Shown here: positions 29,345-39,318 of the stretch, one piece after another | Layout of the letters: each line of letters opens with the position of its first letter | How positions within the stretch are numbered: position 1 is the stretch's first letter | DNA from: Marinicella sp. | GTDB taxonomy: Bacteria > Pseudomonadota > Gammaproteobacteria > Xanthomonadales > Marinicellaceae | Direction of reading: 5' to 3' | DNA: 64,000 bases | Assembly: GCA_965230295.1 (NCBI GenBank) | Contig: OZ246001.1 | Coordinates: 3,616,001 to 3,680,000 of the forward strand | The notes under the pieces: generated by a model | Databases searched by the model: none | The model's input: the letters and a program-made list of their open reading frames with translations, nothing else | Told to the model about the DNA's origin: nothing | Made by a program: the position numbers and the translations under genes

Positions 29345-30148
29345 GTGGCTCACAACAAAACTCAACAGATTCAATGTCAGAAACAGGGGGGCAACCAGGT
29401 AGAAATGCACCCCGATTTTGTGGCGGTAGAATATCCCCTTGAAATCAGGGTAGGGCACTCGACAGATCAGTTTTTTACCTTATCAGTGACCTTGTGCACA
29501 CCAACAGATATTGATGCTTTTGTAACTGGCCACCTTTTTACGGAAGGCATCATTGAACAACACGACGCCATCCTCAGCATCGAAACATTTGATGATGAGT
29601 TTTGCTTGGTGGTTGAAGTGCTGTTGGCAGAATCAATTGACGTCAAACCACATTTGGCAACCAGGAAAAACATTTCACACCCCAGTTGTGGTGTTTGTGG
29701 CAGAACCGGATTTGATGACATGTTCAAATCTGCTTACCCAATCATACAAGCTCCACAGAAAGTGTTAACTGCTGAATTCATGATGAAGTTACCGCATGTG
29801 TTGAATGAACATCAAAAAGCTTTTAACAAAACTGGCGGCTTGCACGCCAGCGCCTTATTCAATGCTCAAGGTGAACTGCTGGCAGTATTTGAAGACGTGG
29901 GCCGTCACAATGCTCTGGATAAACTCATTGGGCATTCATTAGAAAAAGGATTGACTCCTCTTTCAGACCACATCATTTTACTCAGCGGGCGCATCAGCTT
30001 TGAACTGGTACACAAAGCACTGATGGCTGGTGTTTCAACATTGGCAGCTATTGGCGCGCCTTCCTCACTGAGCATAGAATTGGCCCAAGCCAATCGGTTG
30101 AATCTCATAGGTTTTGTCAGTGACAATGGCTACAATGTTTATCAGTAA
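29345..30148 (+). CDS. fdhD: Formate dehydrogenase accessory sulfurtransferase
   Basis: SCGVCG, TGGLHA, EDVGRHNALDKLIG, SGRISFELV; divergent from the FDH genes. Confidence 0.95.
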   Translation: MAHNKTQQIQCQKQGGNQVEMHPDFVAVEYPLEIRVGHSTDQFFTLSVTLCTPTDIDAFVTGHLFTEGIIEQHDAILSIETFDDEFCLVVEVLLAESIDVKPHLATRKNISHPSCGVCGRTGFDDMFKSAYPIIQAPQKVLTAEFMMKLPHVLNEHQKAFNKTGGLHASALFNAQGELLAVFEDVGRHNALDKLIGHSLEKGLTPLSDHIILLSGRISFELVHKALMAGVSTLAAIGAPSSLSIELAQANRLNLIGFVSDNGYNVYQ

Positions 30149-30251
30149 TCAACACGGTTCATCTCTCTAATCATTCGCCTCATCCCTTTATTCTTCAGTT
30201 GGAGCTTTCATATATGCTAGTATCATTTTAACTAACGGTGGATTAAAAATA

Positions 30252-31019
30252 ATGAAAATCAAACTCCTCATACTGTTGTTCAGTCTTCAAGTGAATGCAT
30301 CAAGTCAAACTGTAGCAACCAACACATCAGCTGGTTCAGAAGTCAAAACTGTCACTGCTGATGGAATTACTCTATTTGGACAAAAGTACTTTGGATCTCT
30401 CGATAATCAAGCGCCTTTGATATTGCTGTTTCACCAAGCAGGCTCTAATGGACGTGGTGAGTACAAAGCATTGATTCCATGGCTGAATAATTCTGGTTTC
30501 AGGACCATCGCATGGGATCTGAGATCTGGCAAGGCCCGATTTGATTTTGAAAACAGAACGGTCAATGCGTTCACAGAGGAAGTCAAATATTCATATTGTG
30601 AAGTGAGTCCAGACTTACAAGCTGCTCTTGATTATGTGTTGACAGAAAAGCTGGCTGATGAAGTGGTGGTGTGGGGCAGCTCATATTCAGCTGCTTTGGT
30701 ATTCAAACTGGCAGCTGACAACAAACAAACTGTTTCAGGTGTGGCGGCATTCTCTCCGGCCTCTGGTGGTCCTATGGAAGATTGTAGGGCAAGGATGTGG
30801 TTGGATGATGTCTCCCAACCAGTGGTTGTTTTTCGCCCCGAAAAGGAAATGGATTTAGATTCATCAAAAGAACAACGTGATATATTCATGGCTGCTGGCG
30901 CTTCTTTTCATGTTATTAAAAATGGTGTACATGGATCTTCCATGCTGGATGATTCACGCACTAAGAACAACATGAAAGAAACACGTATGATTGTTGAAAA
31001 GTGGATAAAAAGTCTCTGA
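30252..31019 (+). CDS. Exported alpha/beta hydrolase
   Basis: Signal peptide; LFHQAG; WGSSYSA nucleophile elbow; HGSS. Confidence 0.8.
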   Translation: MKIKLLILLFSLQVNASSQTVATNTSAGSEVKTVTADGITLFGQKYFGSLDNQAPLILLFHQAGSNGRGEYKALIPWLNNSGFRTIAWDLRSGKARFDFENRTVNAFTEEVKYSYCEVSPDLQAALDYVLTEKLADEVVVWGSSYSAALVFKLAADNKQTVSGVAAFSPASGGPMEDCRARMWLDDVSQPVVVFRPEKEMDLDSSKEQRDIFMAAGASFHVIKNGVHGSSMLDDSRTKNNMKETRMIVEKWIKSL

Positions 31020-31024
31020 TTTAA

Positions 31025-31603
31025 TCACTTCAATGTTGCTAAAAGTAACCTTGCGGCTGATTTTGAATCAGATCTGATCTTGGTACCCTGTTTTAATGCA
31101 CTTAATGAATCCACATTGAAATAAAGTCCAGTGATACCAGTGGCCACCACCGATAAAGTGTTTTCATTGGTTTTGGGAAATTCTTGCTTCAATAAGTGTG
31201 TAATCAAACCAATGAACTCTGTTACCCACCGGTTCATGATCACAGCCAATTGGGGCCGATCAGTGGCAGCCAAGATCAAACCGCCAAAGACCAATATCAA
31301 TTGTTGGTCTGAATATCGAGAGTCAAATAACAGTTCAACCAAATGATTACCAATATCCTTTTGGGGCAGCATGTTGACCATTTCTTTTACCATCCAATCT
31401 GATTTAACGATCATCCTTTTTACCAATGCATCCAACAACAATTCTTTGTTGCCAATGTGATGCCTGATCAGTGGTCTGGCTAAACCTGCCGTTTCTGCAA
31501 TTTTTTCTAGCGTACTGCCCTCTACACCATACTTTGCAACACAACTTTCAAAAGCATCAAGGATTTGCTCTGTTCTTTGTTCTTTGTTTGACGGTCTGGC
31601 CAT
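31025..31603 (-). CDS. TetR-family transcriptional regulator
   Basis: MARPS..R..QILDAF..G..GSTLEKIAETAG N-terminal HTH. Confidence 0.9.
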   Translation of the reverse strand: MARPSNKEQRTEQILDAFESCVAKYGVEGSTLEKIAETAGLARPLIRHHIGNKELLLDALVKRMIVKSDWMVKEMVNMLPQKDIGNHLVELLFDSRYSDQQLILVFGGLILAATDRPQLAVIMNRWVTEFIGLITHLLKQEFPKTNENTLSVVATGITGLYFNVDSLSALKQGTKIRSDSKSAARLLLATLK

Positions 31604-31609
31604 GGTATT

Positions 31610-31670
31610 TTATCAATCTTGACAAATAACAAAGTATACACTAAAATTCATTTATTGTCATTTTTGATAA
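31610..31670 (+). promoter_or_regulatory. Sigma70 promoter with two probable TetR operators
   Basis: TTGACA (31619-24), 17 bp, TAAAAT (31642-47); TTATCAA-N3-TGACAA at 31610-31625 and its inverse at 31655-31670. Confidence 0.65.
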
Positions 31671-31683
31671 TTAATAAATTAAG

Positions 31684-31952
31684 ATGAATATGAAATTAAA
31701 CAATCTAGCCCACAAACCATGGAAAAGTGTGACAGTTCTGGTGCTTATTTGGGTAACCATGTGGTATGAATGGTCGTGGATGTGGGCATGATCTTTATAC
31801 TCTGGTCAATAAGATCCATCAAAACAGGTGAAACATACTTGGTGGAAGACATCAGGGTGACAAAAAACCCCATCGTATTTTGGGCCATTATGTTGACCTG
31901 GTTATTGGTCAGTCTATATGTTATTTGGTACGACTTCAGTCATTTGCATTAG
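31684..31952 (+). pseudogene. Frameshifted small Trp-rich membrane protein (or sequencing indel)
   Basis: Frame from ATG 31684 reads ..WYEWSWMW then stops at 31789; adding one G to GGG 31784-86 joins it to GMIFILW..NPIVFW. Confidence 0.65.
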
Positions 31953-31961
31953 GAGTATATT

Positions 31962-33116
31962 ATGAAACAAAAGATGATTCATCATTTACCCGTGGACGCT
32001 TACACTTCTCAGGAATGGTTTGATCGAGAACAAAAGTACATTTTTTCAAAAGTGTGGTCTTTTGCAGGTTTGGCTGAAGACATCAGTGAACCAGGGCAGT
32101 TCAAAACAATCCAAGCAGGATTAAACAACATAGTCATCGTCATGGGTAGAGACCACCGACTCAGGGCTTTTCATAACATCTGCCGCCATCGTGGAACTCA
32201 GTTAATCAGGGCAGTGGGCAAAGCCCAAAAAGCTTTTACCTGTCCATACCATGACTGGACATATGATTTGGAAGGCAACCTGATCTCAGTACCTGAAGAA
32301 GACGATGAATTCAAAGGTATTGATAAATCATGTTTGGGATTGATACCCGCATTGGTTGATAAATGGCGGGGCATGTTATTTGTTCACCCTGATGTTAATT
32401 CGGGATCGATTATGGATTACTTCGGTGAGATTGAACCGCATTTAGGACCTCATGATGTAGATGCATTGATTGAATATCCGGACTCTGTGGTGACCGAAAC
32501 CATCAAAGCCAATTGGAAGATTGTGGTTGAAAACTACATTGATGTATATCACTTGTCTCATCTGCATTCAGGTACCTTGAATATGTACGATCACAAAAGA
32601 GCAGAATATGGCTTTGTTGGGCCTCATTATGCCTTTTGGGAACCTTTGACCAAACACTACTTGGACAACATTGAAAATAATTCACCGATGCCATTGATCT
32701 TACCCAAAGACCAATTGGGGGCTTCAGTGCCCATGCTGTTCCCCGGGCTTGGGTTGGGAGAATCAGAAAGCAGTTGGTCAACCTTTCACGTCACACCCAT
32801 GGCAACAGACTTGACTCGGGTAGAAGTCAGAACCAAGGTCAAGAAGGCATCAAACTGGGAGTTTTCTAAACAGGCTATGAAATCTGCTTCCTATTGGGGC
32901 AAACAAATCACAGGGAAGTACACTGATGAAAATGGACAGGGTACAGATGACCCGATGACATCAGGTGACTTCATGAAAGAAGACATCTATGTATGCGAAC
33001 AACAACAGAAAAACCTACAAAGTCCATACTTTACAGTGGGCCCTTTTGCCAAAAGTGGTGAATCACCGGTACGCGAACACCAGAAAGTGGTCTTGAGTTT
33101 TATGGAAAAATCATGA
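31962..33116 (+). CDS. Rieske non-haem iron oxygenase alpha subunit (resembles choline/carnitine/betaine oxygenases)
   Basis: CRHRG...CPYHDW Rieske motif; NWKIVVENYIDVYHLSHLH and EDIYVCE mononuclear iron ligands. Confidence 0.92.
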   Translation: MKQKMIHHLPVDAYTSQEWFDREQKYIFSKVWSFAGLAEDISEPGQFKTIQAGLNNIVIVMGRDHRLRAFHNICRHRGTQLIRAVGKAQKAFTCPYHDWTYDLEGNLISVPEEDDEFKGIDKSCLGLIPALVDKWRGMLFVHPDVNSGSIMDYFGEIEPHLGPHDVDALIEYPDSVVTETIKANWKIVVENYIDVYHLSHLHSGTLNMYDHKRAEYGFVGPHYAFWEPLTKHYLDNIENNSPMPLILPKDQLGASVPMLFPGLGLGESESSWSTFHVTPMATDLTRVEVRTKVKKASNWEFSKQAMKSASYWGKQITGKYTDENGQGTDDPMTSGDFMKEDIYVCEQQQKNLQSPYFTVGPFAKSGESPVREHQKVVLSFMEKS

Positions 33117-34168
33117 CTTTAACGCCCATTCAAGTCAAAGTCATGAAAACTGAAACAATCATCAAAGGTGATGCCAAATCAGTTTACCTGGCACCCTTAA
33201 ACGGCTATTTCACAGGCTTAAATTGGCAGGCTGGACAACACATCACTTTAATACTGAACATCAATGGGCAAGAAGTCCGGCGTTCATATTCGGTTTCAAT
33301 ACCGCCTAATAAAGCTCACATGAGAATCACTGTTAAACGTCTTCATGGTGGATTGGTTTCCAATCACATCAATGATCACACAGAGCAGGGTGATGTCATA
33401 GCAATTTTGCCTCCCTATGGCAGCTTTGTACTTATTCCCGACAAACTACAAAGATGTACACATTATTTCTTTGCAGCCGGGAGTGGCATCACGCCCATTT
33501 ATGCGATGATAAAACACTTGCTGAATACTGAACCACATTCGATCGCTCATTTGGTTTATGGCAATAAAAACCACAAGCAAATCATTTTTCAGGAAAAACT
33601 GGACCAGTTACTTAGACAACACCCAGATCGACTGACGATTTCACATGTCTTGAGTAAACCATCCATGTGGACTGGTTATCAATATTGGCGAAAGGGCCGC
33701 GTAGATGGTGGTTGTGTAACTGCCTTCATCAATGCCTTCAAACCCTATGCACAAGACACCCGGTATCATGTCTGCGGGCCAGGGCAAATGAATCAGACGG
33801 TCAAGCATGCACTGAATGCCTTAGATGTTCCGAATAACCGGATTTGCATGGAAAGTTATGGCAACCCACAAGCCAAAGAAGTGATCAAGGAAGGAGTTGC
33901 TGCTGATATTAAAATAAAACTGAATGGTGTGCATCATCAAATCAATGTCCAGAAAAATCAAACCGTGTTACAAGCTGCTAAACAGGCAGACATTGACCCG
34001 CCTTATTCTTGTGAATCAGGTGTTTGCGGAGCCTGTCAGGCGCATCTTGTTGAAGGACAAGTCCAAATGAAAAACAACTTGGTCTTATCAGAAGAAGAGT
34101 TGAACAAAGGTGTTATTCTCACATGCCAATCATTGGCCAAGAGTCCTCAGTTAACCATCGAATACTAA
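33113..34168 (+). CDS. FAD/NAD-binding reductase with C-terminal 2Fe-2S ferredoxin (PaaE-like)
   Basis: RRSYS, AAGSGITP, CGPG, SCESGVCGAC..C; ATGA overlap with the oxygenase. Confidence 0.92.
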   Translation: MTLTPIQVKVMKTETIIKGDAKSVYLAPLNGYFTGLNWQAGQHITLILNINGQEVRRSYSVSIPPNKAHMRITVKRLHGGLVSNHINDHTEQGDVIAILPPYGSFVLIPDKLQRCTHYFFAAGSGITPIYAMIKHLLNTEPHSIAHLVYGNKNHKQIIFQEKLDQLLRQHPDRLTISHVLSKPSMWTGYQYWRKGRVDGGCVTAFINAFKPYAQDTRYHVCGPGQMNQTVKHALNALDVPNNRICMESYGNPQAKEVIKEGVAADIKIKLNGVHHQINVQKNQTVLQAAKQADIDPPYSCESGVCGACQAHLVEGQVQMKNNLVLSEEELNKGVILTCQSLAKSPQLTIEY

Positions 34169-34294
34169 GAGCGCTTTTCATGCCTGAAGCCCTGCAATTC
34201 ATTCACAGATAAGCAGATTGATGGAATGCTCGAATATTGAGATGATATCTCAACAGCACAATTCTTCTTTGAATTGATCAGTTATAATGTCTAT

Positions 34295-34513
34295 ATGCAA
34301 TTGATAAAAATACTGCTATCCAATATCATTTTACCCATCATGTTGGTGATAATTGGGTTCGGCATCACGTTTAAATTTGATCACCCATTGCCTGTTATTA
34401 TTGGCGTGACTTTGGCAGCCATTGTTAATTTCATTGCAGTCAGAAAGGCCAAAATAGCACGCAGTCATAAAGTGGCAAAGTATATTGGCAGTCTGGATGA
34501 TGGCGGTCAATGA
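34295..34513 (+). CDS. Small two-TM membrane protein
   Basis: Two hydrophobic helices and a basic tail. Confidence 0.5.
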   Translation: MQLIKILLSNIILPIMLVIIGFGITFKFDHPLPVIIGVTLAAIVNFIAVRKAKIARSHKVAKYIGSLDDGGQ

Positions 34514-34723
34514 TGTCTAGCATGAGAAAGGGTATTGATTCATGACAATCGATGATAATAATTCATCAAGGGATTTCATAATTGCAGATTATTCAATTGG
34601 AATTGACACTATAATCACGTTCAATAATGATAATTCGCTTTATGATTCGCCAATGACATCCATAAGAAAATTGGATAACTGGTATATATTTCTAACATGC
34701 GCTACTGAATTGGATCAAATCAC

Positions 34724-35857
34724 ATGACAATAAATACAACTGAATCCTGTAAGTTCCTATCTTCTGAAAATGATTCAAAAATAGCTGGCAACGTATTGAT
34801 TACTATAGTTATATGTTTGTGTTTTGCGTTTGACACTGTTGCAGAACAGCCTTTTCAAGTGGATGTGATGTATCCAGAGAGGATTGAACAAAGCCAAATC
34901 ATCAAGCTACCTGGTACCATCCAAGCCAAACAACACGCACAACTGGCTTCATTAGAATCAGGGCGGGTGGAGAGTTTGGCAGTTGAAGTGGGCGATGTCG
35001 TCAATAAAGGTCAGGTGTTGCTGATTTTGGAAAGTCAGTTGGCAGAGTTGGAAGTCACCGGAGCCTTGGCAGAAGTCAAAGCTGCAGAGCTGAACTTGCA
35101 AGAAGCCAAGCGATTGTATGGTGAGGTGCAAAAATTATCAGTCCAACAAGCCGTCGCCAAGACATTAATCGCAGAACGGGCTGCCTTGTTGGCCAATGCT
35201 GAAGTTGAGCTGGCCAGGGTCAAAGCCAATCACAATATTCAGCAAGAACGACTGAATCGGCACCGTCTAAAAGCGCCATTCACAGGAGTTATTGCTGAAA
35301 GAAATGTAGATGTGGGTGAGTGGATCACACCACAAAATTCAGTACTGACTTTGGTGGCACAAAACGATTTAAGACTGGCCATTGAGGTCCCTCAACAACA
35401 TTACAACACACTGCGAGCTATCAACGATGTGAAGGTCAGGGTGATTCCAGATACTGCAGGAATCGAATCCATTTCTGCCACGTTAAGTCGGCTGGTACCA
35501 GTCTCCGATTTCCAAACACGTACTTTTTCAGCGCAAATAGATTTGCCTGTTGTGGCATCGAATGGATGGGTTCCAGGCATGTCAGCCCAAGCAGAGCTCT
35601 CGTTTCCTGACAGTGAACAATCAGCCATCATCTTGCCTCGTTCAGCGATCAAACAACATCCAGATGGGAACAGCAGTGTTTTTGTGGTTGATAACAATCA
35701 GGCCAGAAGATTGGTCACAGCATTCACTTCTTTACCAAACAATCAAGTGGCCATATATGGACAACCTGCCAATCAAGCCTATATAGTCAGTGGCGTAGAG
35801 TTGTTAAGAGAAGGGTCAACCATCGTGGCGAATGTGATACAAAATGAACCACAATGA
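34724..35857 (+). CDS. RND efflux periplasmic adaptor subunit
   Basis: GRVESLAVEVGDVV.KGQ, LKAPFTGVI, VDVGEW. Confidence 0.9.
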   Translation: MTINTTESCKFLSSENDSKIAGNVLITIVICLCFAFDTVAEQPFQVDVMYPERIEQSQIIKLPGTIQAKQHAQLASLESGRVESLAVEVGDVVNKGQVLLILESQLAELEVTGALAEVKAAELNLQEAKRLYGEVQKLSVQQAVAKTLIAERAALLANAEVELARVKANHNIQQERLNRHRLKAPFTGVIAERNVDVGEWITPQNSVLTLVAQNDLRLAIEVPQQHYNTLRAINDVKVRVIPDTAGIESISATLSRLVPVSDFQTRTFSAQIDLPVVASNGWVPGMSAQAELSFPDSEQSAIILPRSAIKQHPDGNSSVFVVDNNQARRLVTAFTSLPNNQVAIYGQPANQAYIVSGVELLREGSTIVANVIQNEPQ

Positions 35858-38800
35858 TTGAGTCCACAGTCAAACGCGGTATTTTAGTTACAGTGCTGGT
35901 GCTGATCACCTGTATCCTTGGGGTGGTGGCCTCCATCAAAATTCCGGTACAAATGATCCCTGATTTAGAAGTCAGGACCATCACCGTTCAAACCGGTTGG
36001 CCTGGTGCCACGCCACAAGACGTTGAAAAGGAAATCCTGATCGAACAAGAGCGGTACTTACGAAGCTTGCCCAACTTAAAACGCATGATTTCATCGGCAG
36101 GCATGGGATCGGCCAGAATCGAATTGGAGTTTCCATTTGGGGTTGATGTCAATGAAGCATTGATCAGGGTCAGTAATGCCCTCAGCCAAGTACCTGCCTA
36201 TCCAGAAAATGTGGATCAACCCAGGTTGTTTTCAAGTTCTTTTTCTAGCAATGCTTTCATGTTTTTCCGCTTGGTTCCCTTGCCAGACAATCCAATGCAG
36301 CTGGATATTGATATGTTGCGTGATTTTGCCGATGACTACATCCGCCCCAGAATGGAAAGTGTTCCAGGTGTTTCACAAGTGGATGTGCGCGGTGGTGCGG
36401 CTCGACAAATTCAAATCAAATTGGACATGGTCCAGTTGGCTCAACGCGGTATCAGTCTCAGCCAAGTAAGGGAAGCCATTCGATCAAGAAATTCCGATGC
36501 CTCAGCCGGTGACCTGGAAAGTGGAGAAAGTCGATATTTGTTGCGAGTGATTGGTCGTTTCGATCAACTTGATGACCTGGAAAATCTGATCATAGATCGC
36601 AATGAAAACAGTACATTGTTACTCAAAGACATTGCAGAAATCACTTTGGACCATTATGAAACCAGAAGCCTTTCTTTTGCCGATGGTCAACGCAGCTTGT
36701 CTCTTTCTGTGCGACGTGAAAGTGGTTCTAATGTGATTGCCATCAAGGAGTCTTTACTGCCTGTAGTGGATGAGTTGAATGCATCATTGTTGGTCCAAAA
36801 TGGACTTAAATTAACTTTGTCCAGTGATGATGTTCAGTATGTATCCAATTCATTGGAAAATGTGTGGTTTAACCTGGCCCTAGGGGCCTTATTGGCGACA
36901 CTGGTGATGTTTTTTTTCCTGCGCTCAGGACAATCTACTTTGATAGGTGTATTGGGTATTCCAGTTTGTACCATTGCTGCTTTTTTGGCATTGTTGGCCT
37001 TCGATCGAACCATCAATGTGATTTCTTTGGCAGGCGTGGCATTTGCCATAGGAATGACGGTAGACAACACCATTGTGGTGTTGGAGTCGATCATGCAATT
37101 CCGCAAAAAAGGGCACAGCCGCTATCAGGCGGCGGTGGCAGGGGTACAAGAGGTTTGGCCAGCTGTGTTGGCATCAACCACCACCACCGTTTTGGTCTTT
37201 GCACCGATTCTGTTCATTGTACAAGAGGCGGGTCAACTGTATTCAGACATAGCCATTGCGATTTCAGGGGCCATTGTGGCTTCAATGCTGGTGGCAATCT
37301 TTGTAATCCCTGTGGCGATGGCCAATCTTGGAAAGGAACACTATACCCCGGGTAAATCATTACAATTGGGCCGAGGCTGGATGCGCTTGGTGGGAATTTT
37401 TACTGTCAGTCAGCAGCGGGCTCGTTTACTTTCTGTGGGATTTTTAGCGGTTATTTTAGGCAGCGCCTATGTTTTGATGCCACCTGCAGAATATTTGCCT
37501 GAAGGAGAGGAACCCAAGGCCTTCTCAATGATGTTCGCACCACCCAGTTATAACTTGTCTGAAATGGAAGCCATCGGCGCAGACTTACGTGAATACTTCG
37601 AACCTTATCTCCATGCTGAACCGGAAGCCTTTGAGTCAGGTGAGACCAACATGCCGCCATTGGCTTACTACAGCATGTCCATATCGATCGGTCGAATCTG
37701 GTTTCTCAGTGCTCCTGTGGAACCTAATAACATCCATGCCATGATGGACGCCATCACTGAAAAATTCAGAAGTTATGAAAATATGCGGGCATTTTCTTCA
37801 CGTGGCTCGATCATTTCCAGTAATGATGGAGGCACCCGAGCAGTGGCTGTGGATTTGTCAGGCAGCATAATTACAGATTTATATGCTGCCGCAGAAGCGG
37901 TTTATGCCGAAGCTGAACATGTATTTGAACAACCACAAATCAATTCTGATCCCAGTTCGCTGACTCTCGATCAGCCCTTGATAGAAATTCGACCCCGTTG
38001 GCAAAGGCTGGCTGAGTTGGGTATCAGTAACCGTGAATTTGGTTATGGAGTGGCCACCATCAGTGACGGCGCTTATGTCGATGAATTCATCTTGAATGAC
38101 GATAAAGTGGACATCTTTTTGTTCAGTGGTGCCGGTAACCAGCAAACCATTGAGGCTCTGGCTGCCGCACCATTGACTTTACCTCAAGGCGGAATCATTC
38201 CTTTGAATGCAGTGGCCGATTTGGTAGAAAGTAAGAACAGCGATTCAGTTCGCCGAGTGGATGGTAGACGCACAGTAACTGTTTATATCATTCCCCCTCG
38301 TGAGGTTGCTTTAGAAACCGCAGAAGCCAAGGTTCGTAATGAATTATTGCCTACCTTATGGCAACAAGGTCACATTGCTCAAGGTGTTAACGTCAGCATC
38401 AGTGGTGCTGCCGACCAATTAGAATCAACCAAAGCTTCACTTTCCAGTAACTTTTTGGTGGCCATTGTGCTTTGTTATTTACTTCTTGTGGCAATATTCA
38501 CCCATTGGCGTTTTCCTTTATTTATTTTGGCCACAGTACCACTTGGAATGGCAGGTGGGTTGTTGGGTTTGATTGCCGTCAATGGTGTTATTGCAGTATT
38601 AGGCACCTTAGGTTTTGGTGGTGCACATCAACCCTTCGATATGATTACCATGCTGGGGTTTCTGATCTTACTGGGCACTGTGGTGAACAACCCGATCCTC
38701 ATTGTCGACCAAACCAGACGTTTCCTTGATCAAGGTCAAAATGTACAAAATGCCGTCCGTCAGGCCGTGCAGAAACGCCTTAAACCCATATTGATGTCAA

Positions 38801-38982
38801 CCGCAACAACCATCTTCGGTTTGGCTCCATTGGTGCTGATACCAGGGGAGGGTACCGAATTATATCGTGGTGTTGGTGTGATTGTGATGTGCGGGATCTT
38901 CGTTTCAACTGTCCTCAGTTTGACCTTCTTGCCTGCCTTGTTGATGGGGTTGTTGCGTGATAGAGTAAAACCCAATCATTAA
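35854..38982 (+). CDS. RND efflux permease (AcrB/AcrD/AcrF family)
   Basis: 1042 aa, WPGATPQDVE, GMTVDNTIVVLE, VVNNPILIV, RLKPILMS. Confidence 0.93.
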   Translation: MIESTVKRGILVTVLVLITCILGVVASIKIPVQMIPDLEVRTITVQTGWPGATPQDVEKEILIEQERYLRSLPNLKRMISSAGMGSARIELEFPFGVDVNEALIRVSNALSQVPAYPENVDQPRLFSSSFSSNAFMFFRLVPLPDNPMQLDIDMLRDFADDYIRPRMESVPGVSQVDVRGGAARQIQIKLDMVQLAQRGISLSQVREAIRSRNSDASAGDLESGESRYLLRVIGRFDQLDDLENLIIDRNENSTLLLKDIAEITLDHYETRSLSFADGQRSLSLSVRRESGSNVIAIKESLLPVVDELNASLLVQNGLKLTLSSDDVQYVSNSLENVWFNLALGALLATLVMFFFLRSGQSTLIGVLGIPVCTIAAFLALLAFDRTINVISLAGVAFAIGMTVDNTIVVLESIMQFRKKGHSRYQAAVAGVQEVWPAVLASTTTTVLVFAPILFIVQEAGQLYSDIAIAISGAIVASMLVAIFVIPVAMANLGKEHYTPGKSLQLGRGWMRLVGIFTVSQQRARLLSVGFLAVILGSAYVLMPPAEYLPEGEEPKAFSMMFAPPSYNLSEMEAIGADLREYFEPYLHAEPEAFESGETNMPPLAYYSMSISIGRIWFLSAPVEPNNIHAMMDAITEKFRSYENMRAFSSRGSIISSNDGGTRAVAVDLSGSIITDLYAAAEAVYAEAEHVFEQPQINSDPSSLTLDQPLIEIRPRWQRLAELGISNREFGYGVATISDGAYVDEFILNDDKVDIFLFSGAGNQQTIEALAAAPLTLPQGGIIPLNAVADLVESKNSDSVRRVDGRRTVTVYIIPPREVALETAEAKVRNELLPTLWQQGHIAQGVNVSISGAADQLESTKASLSSNFLVAIVLCYLLLVAIFTHWRFPLFILATVPLGMAGGLLGLIAVNGVIAVLGTLGFGGAHQPFDMITMLGFLILLGTVVNNPILIVDQTRRFLDQGQNVQNAVRQAVQKRLKPILMSTATTIFGLAPLVLIPGEGTELYRGVGVIVMCGIFVSTVLSLTFLPALLMGLLRDRVKPNH

Positions 38983-39318
38983 AGGTTGATTAACCTACAA
39001 AGGCTCATTACACGTACTGTGATGATCATGTAGCCAATCAGATCAACTGTCGAGACACAACAGTCCTCATTCATTTCTACTGTTGTGAATTATTCACAGT
39101 TAACACGATCCAAAATGATGATTCAGACATCGATGTTTTCTTGTTATGTGGGAATTAATTGACAATTTTTTAAGAATTTCCCCATATCCAAAACCGGCCA
39201 CAATACTTCAAATTAAGTTGATCAAGCGTCTTTTTGTGACATGGAATATATACATGTATGCAAAATAAGCCAACATTTCAAGGCTGTAATGCTTGATTCA
39301 ACTATTGAGGAGGCATTT

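Noticed and set aside
34550-34642. GATAAT-rich Fur-box-like sequences upstream of the RND pump
   Set aside because: Only about 11-12 of 19 positions match the Fur consensus in very AT-rich DNA, which is not distinguishable from chance by eye.
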